64,000 nucleotides of DNA from a virus: the IMG/VR virus record IMGVR_UViG_3300042988_001700, positions 1-64,000 of that record; one strand, 5' to 3'. Made by a program: the position numbers and the translations under genes. The notes under the pieces are model-generated. The model was given only the letters and a program-made list of their open reading frames with translations, was not told the origin of the DNA and searched no databases. Positions 1 through 11,600 of the stretch are shown in pieces (positions within the stretch are counted from its first letter, which is position 1; each line of letters starts with the position of its first letter).

Positions 1-925
1 CTCTTCTTAAAGCATTAACGTATTCGTCGTTCGTTTGTCCCTTTATGGCTGTTAGGTTCTCTAACGTTATATCTGCATCAGTAAGTCCTTCTGCAATCAA
101 CTGCCCTTTAAGAATGTCTCCTATGGCCTTCCCTTCGTTTAGCTTGTTGATGGCGTTATTGTATAGGGTAAGATTCTTTCCGAGATCCTGGGCGAGCTTT
201 TGCTGCTTTCTGGTGTTTTCCTGTATCGCTGGCAAGTTGTCGGTCGTTCGCTTACTTGTCGCTGAAATGTGTTGTTTCTTTAAGGCGTTTGCCCTATTAA
301 GATCATCGTTGACGCTCTTAAAAGCCCCAAACGCGGCCTGAACGTCTTTAGCGATAGGGGTTTCGGGTGCAATGGCGAATGTGTTTGAGACGACTTCTGA
401 TCGGTAGGCGTCAGCCGGTGCACCAGCTATCATCTGTCTTTGGCGAGTTTCTCCTGATATCGCATTTGCTTTTGCAACATCTTCTCTAAATTTTTGAACT
501 CCAGTATATACTGCCTGGTAATACTGGTGCGGAAGGAATTGCCCGGTTTCTTGGTCGTAGAACAACTCTTTTGGCGGTATCCAAGAGTCGATTCCCTGAC
601 CATGAGTATCTTTGTCATCCTTGTACGTTTCTACTGCGCTTTTATAAATGCCATCGGCAGCCTTTGTTCCAGAAGCAAGAAGCTGTTCGTACATTCCGCG
701 CATTCTCTTTTGAGCATCGCGGCGCTGTTGATCTATTGCCGCCTGGGTAGCGACTTGTTGGTTTGCAGCATTACCAAGCACAGACTTTTCGGCAAACGAC
801 TTATACGCTGGCATAGGAATAGGCTGCGATATAGGTTCCTGAGAAGGAAACGTCTTCTCAAGATTTGGATACTTCGAAGTCGGCATAAAAGTTATTGTTG
901 TAGAGGGAACTGCTGCTGTGGGCAT
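1..925 (-). CDS. Probable internal virion/ejection protein, partial (runs off left end)
   Basis: Not in ORF track. ATG at 925 just after the stop of 927..2000; frame MPTAAVPSTTITFMPTSKYP... stays open to base 1. Ala/Gln-rich and helical; follows two similar genes. Confidence 0.6.
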   Translation of the reverse strand, partial: MPTAAVPSTTITFMPTSKYPNLEKTFPSQEPISQPIPMPAYKSFAEKSVLGNAANQQVATQAAIDQQRRDAQKRMRGMYEQLLASGTKAADGIYKSAVETYKDDKDTHGQGIDSWIPPKELFYDQETGQFLPHQYYQAVYTGVQKFREDVAKANAISGETRQRQMIAGAPADAYRSEVVSNTFAIAPETPIAKDVQAAFGAFKSVNDDLNRANALKKQHISATSKRTTDNLPAIQENTRKQQKLAQDLGKNLTLYNNAINKLNEGKAIGDILKGQLIAEGLTDADITLENLTAIKGQTNDEYVNALRR

Positions 926-926
926 A

Positions 927-2000
927 TTATTTACTCCATCTTGCCAAACGTGATTGTCTGTTTTGGCTGCTCGTTGCGCCCGGAGAAGTCAACGCTGAAA
1001 CAAGGTTGTTTCTCATAGCAGTAACAGCGGCCAATTTTTTTGAATTTGCATTTTCAATATCTTTTAAAGCCGTATCCGAAGTTGCTTTTCTTCTAGCTAT
1101 ATCTGAATTTACCAAAGCCTCTTGCTGTGCTATAATTCTCGAATTTCTGTTATACGTCCAGACGGCAAGCTCTCTCTCGTACTTCTCCAAAGCCTGCTTG
1201 CGAGCCTCTCTGTCAGCTTCAATAGCGTCATTGTATCCGAATATACCCTGAATAAGCCCGATTCCTGCATTGACAACTCCACCAACAATTCCGCCAGTTT
1301 TCAGGCCATTAACAAATCCATCTGTGCTTTTACCCCATATATAATTTACTTGATCATCACTGGCACCGAACATCTTTGCAAGGTATCCGGCTGGGTTAAT
1401 GAAGTCTTGAGTCGAAACGTCGGTATTCTTTCCACTTTTTGAGGCTGCCGATCCAGCACCAACACCAGCCATTGTGGTTCCCGGGCTAGCTCCGCCAGAT
1501 AAAACAGTTGAAACAGCGCCACCTATTAATCCAGTATTCGGATTGTTAATAAGTGTTTTTTTGTCCAATGAACTACCAATTTTTCCAAACGTACTCCCTT
1601 TTATTCCAGCCCCAACGACTGATGGCATGTTTGCGAGATAGTCGTCTATGAACGGTTTTGTTTCGCTCCCTGGGACCATCCAATATTTACCTTCTTCTTG
1701 CCATTTTGCTAATTTCGAATTGTATTCATTAAGAGCCGTCTCGGGGTTCTTTGCCATGTTGGAAGCAAGAACGTTTCCTCCAATATCTTTTACTTGTTTC
1801 CACAGCTCGGTCCCGAAAGAACTTTCGCTTTTTGCTGTTTCTGGCGTTATTTCATAAGTTGCAGCTTTGTTTTTTGCCATATCTATAGTTTCGCCATTAC
1901 CGCCAGACACAGGCTTATCAGATACGCTTGCTGATGGTGTTTTGAGAGAATCATTAATACTTGTAAGGCTAACAGATGGTTTTATTGTTACAACGGCCAT
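927..2000 (-). CDS. Probable internal virion (ejection/pilot) protein
   Basis: Gly/Ala-rich hydrophobic segments (GGIVGGVVNAGIGLIQGIFG) followed by a coiled coil; lies downstream of tail genes, as in podoviruses. Confidence 0.5.
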   Translation of the reverse strand: MAVVTIKPSVSLTSINDSLKTPSASVSDKPVSGGNGETIDMAKNKAATYEITPETAKSESSFGTELWKQVKDIGGNVLASNMAKNPETALNEYNSKLAKWQEEGKYWMVPGSETKPFIDDYLANMPSVVGAGIKGSTFGKIGSSLDKKTLINNPNTGLIGGAVSTVLSGGASPGTTMAGVGAGSAASKSGKNTDVSTQDFINPAGYLAKMFGASDDQVNYIWGKSTDGFVNGLKTGGIVGGVVNAGIGLIQGIFGYNDAIEADREARKQALEKYERELAVWTYNRNSRIIAQQEALVNSDIARRKATSDTALKDIENANSKKLAAVTAMRNNLVSALTSPGATSSQNRQSRLARWSK

Positions 2001-2014
2001 ATTTAATTTCTCCC

Positions 2015-5000
2015 TTAAAATTTACCCTTGATTGATTCTGGGTATGTATCAAAAGTTAATTTTACTTGTTTCCCGTCGGCGTCGTAAACAATAAACGGTT
2101 GAGCATAGCTTGTTACATTTAGAGTAACGCCCTGGGTATGAGCGGCTTTTCCAACACTTACCGGATCGCCAAACAATGAATTTTTTGCTGGGATAGTATA
2201 GGTATATCCGTTATATACAAAAGAACTTCCCCTGTTATCTTCTGCCCATGTTTTGAACTCGTTGTTAAACGATACTGTAGTTCCATCAGACTTATTTGGC
2301 TCGTAAATTGTATCGTTAAACCTTGTTCTAAAACTCCAATTTTCTCCGCCATTACTACCATTTGTTTTGTATTCTTTTGATCCAGTGTTTCCGTTTCTCT
2401 GGTCGTCCGACATAACAAATTTTTCGGGCGGTTTTACTACCGTTGCGTCGATAACGGAGTCAGGGATCTTACCTTGTGATGGATCTATTTTTGAGGTGTC
2501 AATTTGATATGTTTTCTGGTCTACATACGGCTTGAATTCTTCAGTAAAATTCAATATTTTCCCATCGTCTCCTATTCTGTATTTTGATCCATCTCCCCAT
2601 GCTGATTGGAATTCGGATAGATTCATCGGGGAACCCTTGATTGCCGTACTTAACTGCATGTAGATATTTCTTGCGTCAAGTCCACTCGATTTTTTGATAG
2701 AAGTATTTCCATCCTTATCGTACACCAAGAATTGACCGGCTGGAATAGGTGTATTTTCGTCTCCCTGTTGGCTTCCCGCTGGATATGTCCCGGCTGAAAA
2801 GTTGTCGGCTATGTTATCCTGAACGTCTCCACCGTTACCATCGAAATAGGTCTTCCAATCGCCCGATTCATACGCGGCATTATAATCAGTCATGTTATTA
2901 AAGACGGTCCCTTGCGCAACCTTTGTCGTTCCAAATTTATCTTTTAGGAATGATTGAATATCGGGATATCCCTTTTTTTTGGAATAATCTTCTCTCTCAG
3001 AAGCAGTTGCATCATTCCACGCTGCTTGGGCTGCGCCAAACGTTATTTGCGACTTTTCTCCGGTTACTGCGTCGGTATATTCAAATGGTTTTCCATTAAC
3101 CTTAACGACTTGGTTGTCGTATCCATCAGGTTTGTTTCCTTCGGTATCATAAGAAATATTGTTTCCGTTGAAATCGGTAAATTTAAAGTATGTGTCGGGA
3201 TCATTCCACGGCCAATCTATTACGGCACCCTCAAGCACTTTTCCATCAGAATCAATTTGCCCCTTATTGTTCAGCTCCTCTATAGTAGCAATCGCCATAC
3301 CTTCCCATCCCGGGGTGTCTTTCATATTTTCAAGAGAAGAAGAATAATTATATTTCCACTTTTCAAAGATAGCTTTTGATTCCGTCTTGGCATATCCAGT
3401 ATCCCAAACCTTATTGATATAGTCGTTGATTTTCTGTTGGTCGTTAATATTTTCAGACAGTGGATCTATCCCAAGGAATCCCGCTGCGGCGTTTCTGATC
3501 TTATTATCATTTAGAACAAAAGCATGTCCACCCTGAACGTCTTCGGTCCCGAACGTTTCAAAAGCATTACCAATCAGCTTTTCAAGATTCCCGGCGAATG
3601 TATCAGTATTTCCGACCTGATAGGCATTAATTCTGTTCTGTATTTCAGCGGTTATTGCCGCTTTTCCTTCTGGCGTTTTATCATCGGCGTTTATAGCAGA
3701 AGCAACGTCGGATCTTATTGTGGCATCGTTCGCTATTTCGTCAAAAGAGTTCTTTCCGCCACTATAAAGCATCGCGATTCGACTTGTTATTGAATTGTTG
3801 GATGAAGCATCGACTTCGCTTTGACGTTTTAGATCAAGATATTTCCGCTCTTTAATAAGCTCGGAAAGGTCTGGCGGTGTTCCGCCAAACTTCTGAACGT
3901 ACATATCCTGAAGAGTTTTAAGACCTTCAGGAGTGGTTGGATCGTAATAATTAAGCGCCCTCGTCCAGTCAGCGTCCCTTGTCGTCTGGTTGAATTTTTC
4001 GGCTGTTTGACCGTAATTAAAAACGTCTTTGGCTGCATTCTGAGCATTTGACATCTGGCTTTCAGCTATTGTTCCAAGCAGGTTCGAGCGCCCGGTGTTG
4101 CTTGTTCTATCAACCTCAAACATAAGTCGGCGTTTCGCGCTGTCTGACATATTTGGATCATTCGATATCTTTGAATATGTCGCCCTTGAATTGGCCGCGT
4201 CAGCCGCGTCGTAATTCATAAGAAGCCTATCGGCAATCAATTTGTCTGTTGGACTCATACCGTTCATTACATCGACCAGCTTCTTATAAGCGTCTTCGTA
4301 TCCCGTTTTAAACTGACTATCATCCAGCTTTACAGGCTCAACGGGTGTGGGAGCAGGAGCTGGTGCCGGGGTGACGGGTGTCTGGTCGATTGGAATAGTA
4401 ATTTGTGGAGTAACATTATTCGTATCGGTCTTTGTTCCTGTGACCATCTTTGAAACGTCCGTCGTTACGGGTGCCCCAATGGTCATCTGCGGAACAATAG
4501 GAGTGGTTGGAGTAACGGCACCTATCGCTGTTTTTGTCTCTACAGGTGGCTTCGGTAATGCGAGAGAAGGGTTATCCATTATCCTTTGAAGGTCGTTTGG
4601 CGCTACGGTAGCCGGTGAATTATATGAGTTAAAGACTGGCGGAAGAATGGAATTTGTCGGTGTTGTTGGGTTAATTACTTCGTTTGGAACTGTTTTTGGT
4701 GGCGTGTAATTTGCGTAAGAAGGAATCATATCAAGGTTATGCTGTTCGGTTGGGTTTAATCCACCCTCTTTAAACCCGGGCAAGCCATTTTTCTCAATCT
4801 GTGAAAGTTGTCGTTGCTGATCTTCTGTTTTTGGGACAACCAACCCCTTGGTTTGATCGGCTGGAATTATCTGTCTTCCGCCAATAACGTCAAAACCAAG
4901 TTCTCCCTCATGATAGACTGCCGGTTTCTTCCCCGAAAAATCAATTGCTGCCGGTTTGTCTGGTTCAACTACACCATTCGCCCCGGAACCAGTGTAAAAA

Positions 5001-5137
5001 GGAGCATTGTTCTGCATAGCTCCATTAAATGGGATCGTATTTCCATTCCGCCTACCCCCGGAGCCTATAATCGTAACCTGGTCAGGCACCGCCTTCGTCT
5101 GCTTCATGTAATCTTTAGCCCATTTTGGTCTATCCAT
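2015..5137 (-). CDS. Large probable internal virion protein, 1040 aa
   Basis: Pro/Thr-rich N-terminal third, helical middle, GFKEGGLN motif; gene position. Confidence 0.5.
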   Translation of the reverse strand: MDRPKWAKDYMKQTKAVPDQVTIIGSGGRRNGNTIPFNGAMQNNAPFYTGSGANGVVEPDKPAAIDFSGKKPAVYHEGELGFDVIGGRQIIPADQTKGLVVPKTEDQQRQLSQIEKNGLPGFKEGGLNPTEQHNLDMIPSYANYTPPKTVPNEVINPTTPTNSILPPVFNSYNSPATVAPNDLQRIMDNPSLALPKPPVETKTAIGAVTPTTPIVPQMTIGAPVTTDVSKMVTGTKTDTNNVTPQITIPIDQTPVTPAPAPAPTPVEPVKLDDSQFKTGYEDAYKKLVDVMNGMSPTDKLIADRLLMNYDAADAANSRATYSKISNDPNMSDSAKRRLMFEVDRTSNTGRSNLLGTIAESQMSNAQNAAKDVFNYGQTAEKFNQTTRDADWTRALNYYDPTTPEGLKTLQDMYVQKFGGTPPDLSELIKERKYLDLKRQSEVDASSNNSITSRIAMLYSGGKNSFDEIANDATIRSDVASAINADDKTPEGKAAITAEIQNRINAYQVGNTDTFAGNLEKLIGNAFETFGTEDVQGGHAFVLNDNKIRNAAAGFLGIDPLSENINDQQKINDYINKVWDTGYAKTESKAIFEKWKYNYSSSLENMKDTPGWEGMAIATIEELNNKGQIDSDGKVLEGAVIDWPWNDPDTYFKFTDFNGNNISYDTEGNKPDGYDNQVVKVNGKPFEYTDAVTGEKSQITFGAAQAAWNDATASEREDYSKKKGYPDIQSFLKDKFGTTKVAQGTVFNNMTDYNAAYESGDWKTYFDGNGGDVQDNIADNFSAGTYPAGSQQGDENTPIPAGQFLVYDKDGNTSIKKSSGLDARNIYMQLSTAIKGSPMNLSEFQSAWGDGSKYRIGDDGKILNFTEEFKPYVDQKTYQIDTSKIDPSQGKIPDSVIDATVVKPPEKFVMSDDQRNGNTGSKEYKTNGSNGGENWSFRTRFNDTIYEPNKSDGTTVSFNNEFKTWAEDNRGSSFVYNGYTYTIPAKNSLFGDPVSVGKAAHTQGVTLNVTSYAQPFIVYDADGKQVKLTFDTYPESIKGKF

Positions 5138-5156
5138 AATGCTCCCTTATACTGTT

Positions 5157-5573
5157 TTACTTGTCCGATGTGCTTTTTTCAGAAATCAAAGGAAACATCC
5201 ATTCCCCGTAAAGAGAGGGAACGCCCTTTTCCTTTTTAAACAAATCGGGACTTATCGGATAAATTTCAACTTCAACTTTTTCGTCAAGATACTTGTCGTT
5301 GTTGTCAATATCAGCCTTAAACTGTTCGACAACGGAATCGTAAATGTCTTTCGGGCGACCGCTTTCGCATCCCATCTCCTTAAGCCGATCCCGAAACGCC
5401 TTAAGATTGACATCTTCCCCCTCGCGAACACTTTTGGCTTCAGGTTCAAGATACCGCTTATTGCGAGACAAACAATAGACGAATTCTCCTGAATACTGGA
5501 CATTCGTATTAAGAGTCCCGACAACGCCACTCGAAGACTGAACTACATCTCTTTTCGATAACGAGATTTTCAT
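5157..5573 (-). CDS. Hypothetical protein, possibly fibre assembly chaperone
   Basis: AGGAGAG RBS; directly downstream of the giant fibre gene. Confidence 0.45.
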   Translation of the reverse strand: MKISLSKRDVVQSSSGVVGTLNTNVQYSGEFVYCLSRNKRYLEPEAKSVREGEDVNLKAFRDRLKEMGCESGRPKDIYDSVVEQFKADIDNNDKYLDEKVEVEIYPISPDLFKKEKGVPSLYGEWMFPLISEKSTSDK

Positions 5574-5660
5574 ACTCTCTCCTTTAATTGTTTAAACGCA
5601 ACACTACTAATATAGTAATAAATTAATTCATGCCTTTCGTTTTATGATAAAAATATCATA

Positions 5661-8600
5661 TCAATTGAAATGAACATTTATAAACGTTAGTGCCCCGTTG
5701 GCAGATCCGTTTGCCTCTGGGTGTCCACACTCTCTCCAGTGCTGAACGGTTGATGGTGTATTTTCTTGTGTTACCCTACCAGAAGTGCTTGTTGATACAG
5801 AGCAAACATACCCCATTGTTAGTGTTAGTCCTGCTTCCGGAAGAGCTTCTGCTCTACCAGAACAGACAATCCAGACAGAGTTTCCGCTTGTTGCGTCAGC
5901 ATAAACAATTCCAATAGGCATATCGGCTGAATTTCCACTGGTCGGGCACTTATAAACCCTTCCACCTGTTCCACCCTGAAGAAAGCAAACAACTTCTCCT
6001 TTTGCGAGATTTTCTCCAGCAGTGTACAATATCGCCCTTCCGCCTTCATCTGTTTCCATCGTTCTTGAACCGATATATACCTTTGGGCTTGTTAATGATA
6101 TTGAAGTTGCATGTGTTATTGTCGCGCAAGTAATCGTTCCGTCAACCTGAAGACCTCCCGCAAGATAACTTTTTGCTGCCCACGCCGAATAAATAGGGTA
6201 TTGATTAGTTACGGTTGCTTCTCCATCGGCAACATTAGGAGACTCAATTTTGATACCGTAACTATTTATTATAGTGCTGGTGGTTGTGTTGTGGTATGGC
6301 CTAAGTCTTATTCCGTATGAATTTGTTGTTGTAGCTGTACTGCCGCCAGGATAGGTGTAGGCGTGACCATGATATATCAACAATCCCGTTAGTGCGTCTA
6401 GCGATCCATTATCATCTGGATACCCCCTTAGTACCACTATTTCGGCACCAGCAAAAGCTCCATTTACTCCATTTGTAACCGTTTTCCCTGACGATATTGA
6501 TATATCAGCTATTATATAAAACGGATTTACATATTTAGTTGTAATATCGTTTGTAAAAACGCCTTTGTTTGATAGGGTTAATCCATACGGGGTATTATTT
6601 GTTGTTTCAGAATCTATGTATGTATAGGATAATAGCCTTAAAGAAGATCCGTTATCAACGATATTGCTATCACCGACAGCACCAGTTGCTCCTGTAGTGT
6701 ATTTAAGTAAATAGTTATCGGTTCCCGTTCCAGAAACACCGCCCATATCAACAATCAATTCAGCCGGGGTTCTAAAATCAATATTGTTAGCCGAATCAAG
6801 CGTTAATATTTTTGAAGCCGTTGTTCCCTCATTAACGGGACTTACATAATTCAATATTCCAGTATAACCTATTTTGAATCTTTCGATAGGCCCACTGTTA
6901 TTATTGTCGGAAGTACAAAAAGAAAAATACGTCGGACGACCACTTCCGCCGAAATCAGCAGCAGCCTTTACGTCGATTCTCGCGCACTCACCAATACCAT
7001 AGGTGCTGGAATCCCTAGACCTAACAACAAAGCTCCCCAAATATTTTGACGACGTTATATCTGTGTCGCCACACTCTAAAACTACTTTTGAATAAGTTCC
7101 CCAATCATTATATACCCATAAGTACGGACCCCTAACCTCAACAGAACCATCGTAATCAATAAACATTGCGAGGTGGTCGGTTTCGCTAAATCCATCGTGA
7201 GTATAAAATTGGTGTCGAGTATAATCGCTGGCAGTAGATGATATTGAATAATAGTTCGCGTTTCTAAAATCAGTATCTTCTATCTCCATTTCAATACCGA
7301 GCCACGAATCGGTTGCAACGTTTCGAACCTCAAACGAATGCGTAGGTGAAGGAGAATTTATCCCAAAACACTTGTTGAATAAAGAAAAATACCCCTCATC
7401 TGTTAATGTTGGGCTTAACAAACTAAATGTTGCCAATGAACTATTGGCAGCCGCCGCACTATGCTCTATGGTGAATGCGCCCCTTCCGTTAGAGGAAGCG
7501 TGCGTTAGTGTTCCAGAAGCATTATGATAAGCATTAAACCCTATGTATCCGAGAGTATCGTTTCCTGTCCCTGGCGATTGATCTATCATTATTTGGTTTC
7601 TTGCAGTAGCGATATTTTGAACTATATGAACTCTAGCAAGAGGAGTAACTGTTCCTATTCCAAAATTTCCACCATTTAACATTGTGGCCAAGGCTTTGTT
7701 ATCTTCTTGATTCATTAAATACCAAGAAGTTGAACCAGAATATGAATAGTTAATTGTCGCACTGGCAAAACCATATTTTATAGTTTCAAAATTAAGAAAA
7801 TAGTTAAGAGCAAGAGAAGTGCTTCCACCAAAAACTTGAAATCTATACGACGGGTCTCCGCACACACCAACATTTCCATTTCCGCGAATTGAAACTATAG
7901 GAGAAGATATTGAAGTTGTGTCCCACAAAGAAACATTTAATTGTGTTTTACCATAATCCGAATCTTCATATTTTTGAAGACCGAAATTTGCCTGCATTCT
8001 CTGGACGGGGTCATTCTCAAATCTCTGAATAATAAATATGTCTTCGTTGGCTAAAAGTTGGTGGGTAGATGGAACCTGTGTGCCATTTACTTGTAATTTT
8101 GCTAATGGAGAAAGAGTATTTATACCAATCCCACTACTTGGGGTTATATACACAAAACTATTTGATACAGAATCAGAACCTATAAATATTCCAGTAGATG
8201 TATTGTCAAGAATATATCCAGCAGATATGGGGACACTTGTTGGCGTTGATCCATCACCAATACCAAAATCAATTGCTCTTCCACCAGACCCCGACGTTCC
8301 AACCCTCAATGCGTTAGATCCTGCGGCTGCGGTATATACTTTTAATATTGCATCAGACGCAGCTACACCTATTCCAACCATCGTTCCGGCTGCGTCGGTG
8401 TATATATTTGAATCGCCTAAAGTAGAAGTTGTTGCAAAACGAGGAATTCTGTATTGAGTTCCAGATAAAGCCCCAGCTCCTCCGATATCAGATAGAATTT
8501 CGGCTCCTGTTCTGTATTTTAATTGACCAGAACTTGAAACTATTATTTTATCAACATCAGTAGTTTCGTGAGCTATTGATCCTAAAGTCAAGTCCCCGGC

Positions 8601-11600
8601 ATTTGTCAAAGACATTGGATATCCTGCAACGGCGCTATTATCTATTGCCGTCGAAGTGATCCAATAGAAGGAATTAGATGTATGACCGAATCCACAATAC
8701 AAATTATCAGATGATTTATCCCAAAGCATTACGCTATCATTGGTATTAAAATACAAAGATTTTAACCATCCTGCTGTTGTCCAAGATGAACTGGAACCTA
8801 AAGATAGCCTTACGTTCGAATCGGGAGTTGCCCCTATTCCAACAAAATTATTTGAATAGATTCCGCCAGCAGCAACTATAGATAATTGTCCTGCATTTGA
8901 TACGCTGAAATCGGAGTAATATGTAGCAGAACCATTATCTACATTATATGTGAGCCTTAAACAATCTCCCGTAGCAGAATTAATCTCTACCTGCTTATCA
9001 GGAGCAGATGTATTAAACCCGAAATATCCGCTTCCAATAAATCTTCCTAAAAGTGTATTATTGTTTGTAAAATCAATAACGGGTTTTGTTGTTGTTATTG
9101 CCGTTATTGTTGTTCCGTTTTGTTTTGATCCTCTGATATTTATTGCAGCCACTGTTTGTCCTAAACCATCAGTTGCACCAAGTATTCCAAATAACATTAC
9201 GGGGTTTCTATCATCTTCTGAAGTGGCCCCCATAATAGTAGCACCACCCTTTGATGTGTCTTGTGTATCTATACTAAAAAAAGCATGTGTGGGCAATACT
9301 GTCGTTATTCCATGTGTTAATCCATCACATGTAAGACTGAACCAATGAGTAGCGTCATCGGATGCCCTTCTGAGTTCTACAAAAGAAACAGGTGTAGGTG
9401 CCCCAATACCAACACGTCCATTGCTACGTATAGAAACAAGCGGAGAAGATATCGAAGTTGTATCCCACAGAGAAATGTTTAATTGAGTTTTTCCATAACT
9501 ACCAGTTTCATATTTTTGAAGACCGAAATTTGCCTGCATTCTCTGGACGGGGTCATTCTCCCATTTCTGCAAAATAAAAATATCTTCATTTGCTATTAAC
9601 TCTTCGTCACTTGTTACTATTGTTCCATTTGCTTGTAATTTTGCTAATGGAGAAAGAGTATTTACACCAATACCAGCGCTCGGGGTTATATATAAATAGC
9701 TATTTGATATAGTTGCCGAACCTATAAATATTCCGGTAGAAGTGTTGTCAAGTATATACCCGGCAGACACTGGAACGCTTGCCGGGGTTGATCCGTCTCC
9801 AATCCCAAAATCAATTGCTCTACCACCAGATCCTGACGTTCCTATTCGTAAAGCGTTGGACCCCGAAGCTGCGGTATACACTTTTAATATCGCGTCAGAT
9901 GCAGCTACACCTATTCCGACCATCGTTCCCGCTGCATCGGTGTATATATTTGAATCTCCCAGCGTACTCGTTGTAGCGAATCTTGGGATTCGGTATTGCG
10001 TTCCAGCTATTGCGCTTGCCGGGGCGATTCCAAGCGTTGATAGCGATTGGTATTTAACGTCTGTTCCATCACTCGAAACAATTGTACCAATAGTTCCCAA
10101 AGCAAGTTTTGTCCACTTTGGTGTTGATCCAATTCCAGCTATTAAATCTCCACGGCTAACAGTTCCACCAGTAGTATCATAATGATATATTGACAGCAAG
10201 TTGTGTGTTGTTGGTTTCCAAGTTTCTGGCGCTGCGTGAACATGGTCTCGCCTTGCAGCGGTTGACGCGCTCCCGGCAAGCGCGGTATCGTTTTCTGTAA
10301 TCGTACTCGGAACAGTAGCGTCAAACAATGCTTTGTATCCAGGCTCAACATCTCCATAGGCAACACCAACATAGTTTATTAATCCAGTTGTTGGAACGCT
10401 AATAGCCATACCAGCCCATGCCGGTGACGCCCCTTGCGCCGTTATCATCATTCCTCTTGCAATTGATATCCCGGCTATAGCGGTAAGGTCTGCGTCGGCG
10501 GCTTGCGCTCCGACATCACTATACGTTAAACCGTGAGCTGCCCATACAATATCAGTTCCATTTGATTTTATAAAATACCCATTAGTACCTAATGCTAACT
10601 TTTTCCACTTTACCGTTTCCTCTTGTGCAGTAATAAGATCACCACGAACGGGAGAACCTGTTATCGTATCTGGGTGAGAACTTGACAACAAATCGTGGTC
10701 TGTTACCGGGGTTGTTCCGTCTGAAGCTATTGTTATTTGACTATCTGTATGAGTTACCGTTACACCGGTGCTTCCAATAATGCTTTTGTATGCCCAAGAG
10801 TTACCGGCTGCATTCACTGCAACAACATTGTTTGAAGATCCTATTCCGGTCAATCCGCCAACAGATAGCGTTCTGTCTTCCGACAATAAGCCACCGCCGG
10901 ATATTGGAGATATAGTATTTAAAGTTATCGGATTCGCGTCTATTCTCGTCCTATAATACGACCCTGTTCCAATATAGGAAAATGAATAATCACTCATTAT
11001 TTCGAACGTATCATTTTCGGCAAGAATCGCGGAAGGACCAAGAACAGCTCTTTTTGCCGTCAAAAAAGACCCGTCAAGAAGATCTGTTGTTCCAAGATTC
11101 TGGAAATATTCTCCTATTTTAATTTGAGAAGTTGGACCCGAACTCGGACTCGCAGATGGACTTGCCGACATGCTGTGCGAAGGACTCGATGATGGTGACG
11201 GAGAAGAAGATGGGCTTGACGATATACTTGCCGATGGAGATTGACTTGGGCTATGCGACGGACTCGCGGATCTACTTGTCGAAGGACTCGAAGACGGGCT
11301 TGAAGATGGAGACGAAGAAACGCTTGTCGATGGGCTACTCGACGGTGACTGTCCAGACGGGCTTGTTGACGGGCTACTTGACGGGCTTGACGAAGGTGAT
11401 GGTGAAGACGACGGGCTTAATGATGGCGACGCGCTGGCGCTTGAAGACAAAGAAGAACTCGGACTAGAAGACGGAGACGGGCTTGACGATGGACTACTGC
11501 TCGGACTTGTGCTTGGACTTGCACTTGGAGATAAAGATGGGCTCGGAGACGACGAAGGGCTATTTGACGCACTAATCGACGGACTTGTTGACGGAGACGC

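Noticed and set aside
45-1857. Plus-strand ORFs over the ejection-protein genes, and most other plus-strand ORFs outside 53.1-54.9 kb
   Set aside because: Fully overlap longer, coupled minus-strand genes and lack RBS or recognisable motifs.
7865-10004. Diversity-generating retroelement template/variable repeat pair
   Set aside because: Both copies are in frame in one gene, differences are not adenine-specific, and no reverse transcriptase is in the window.
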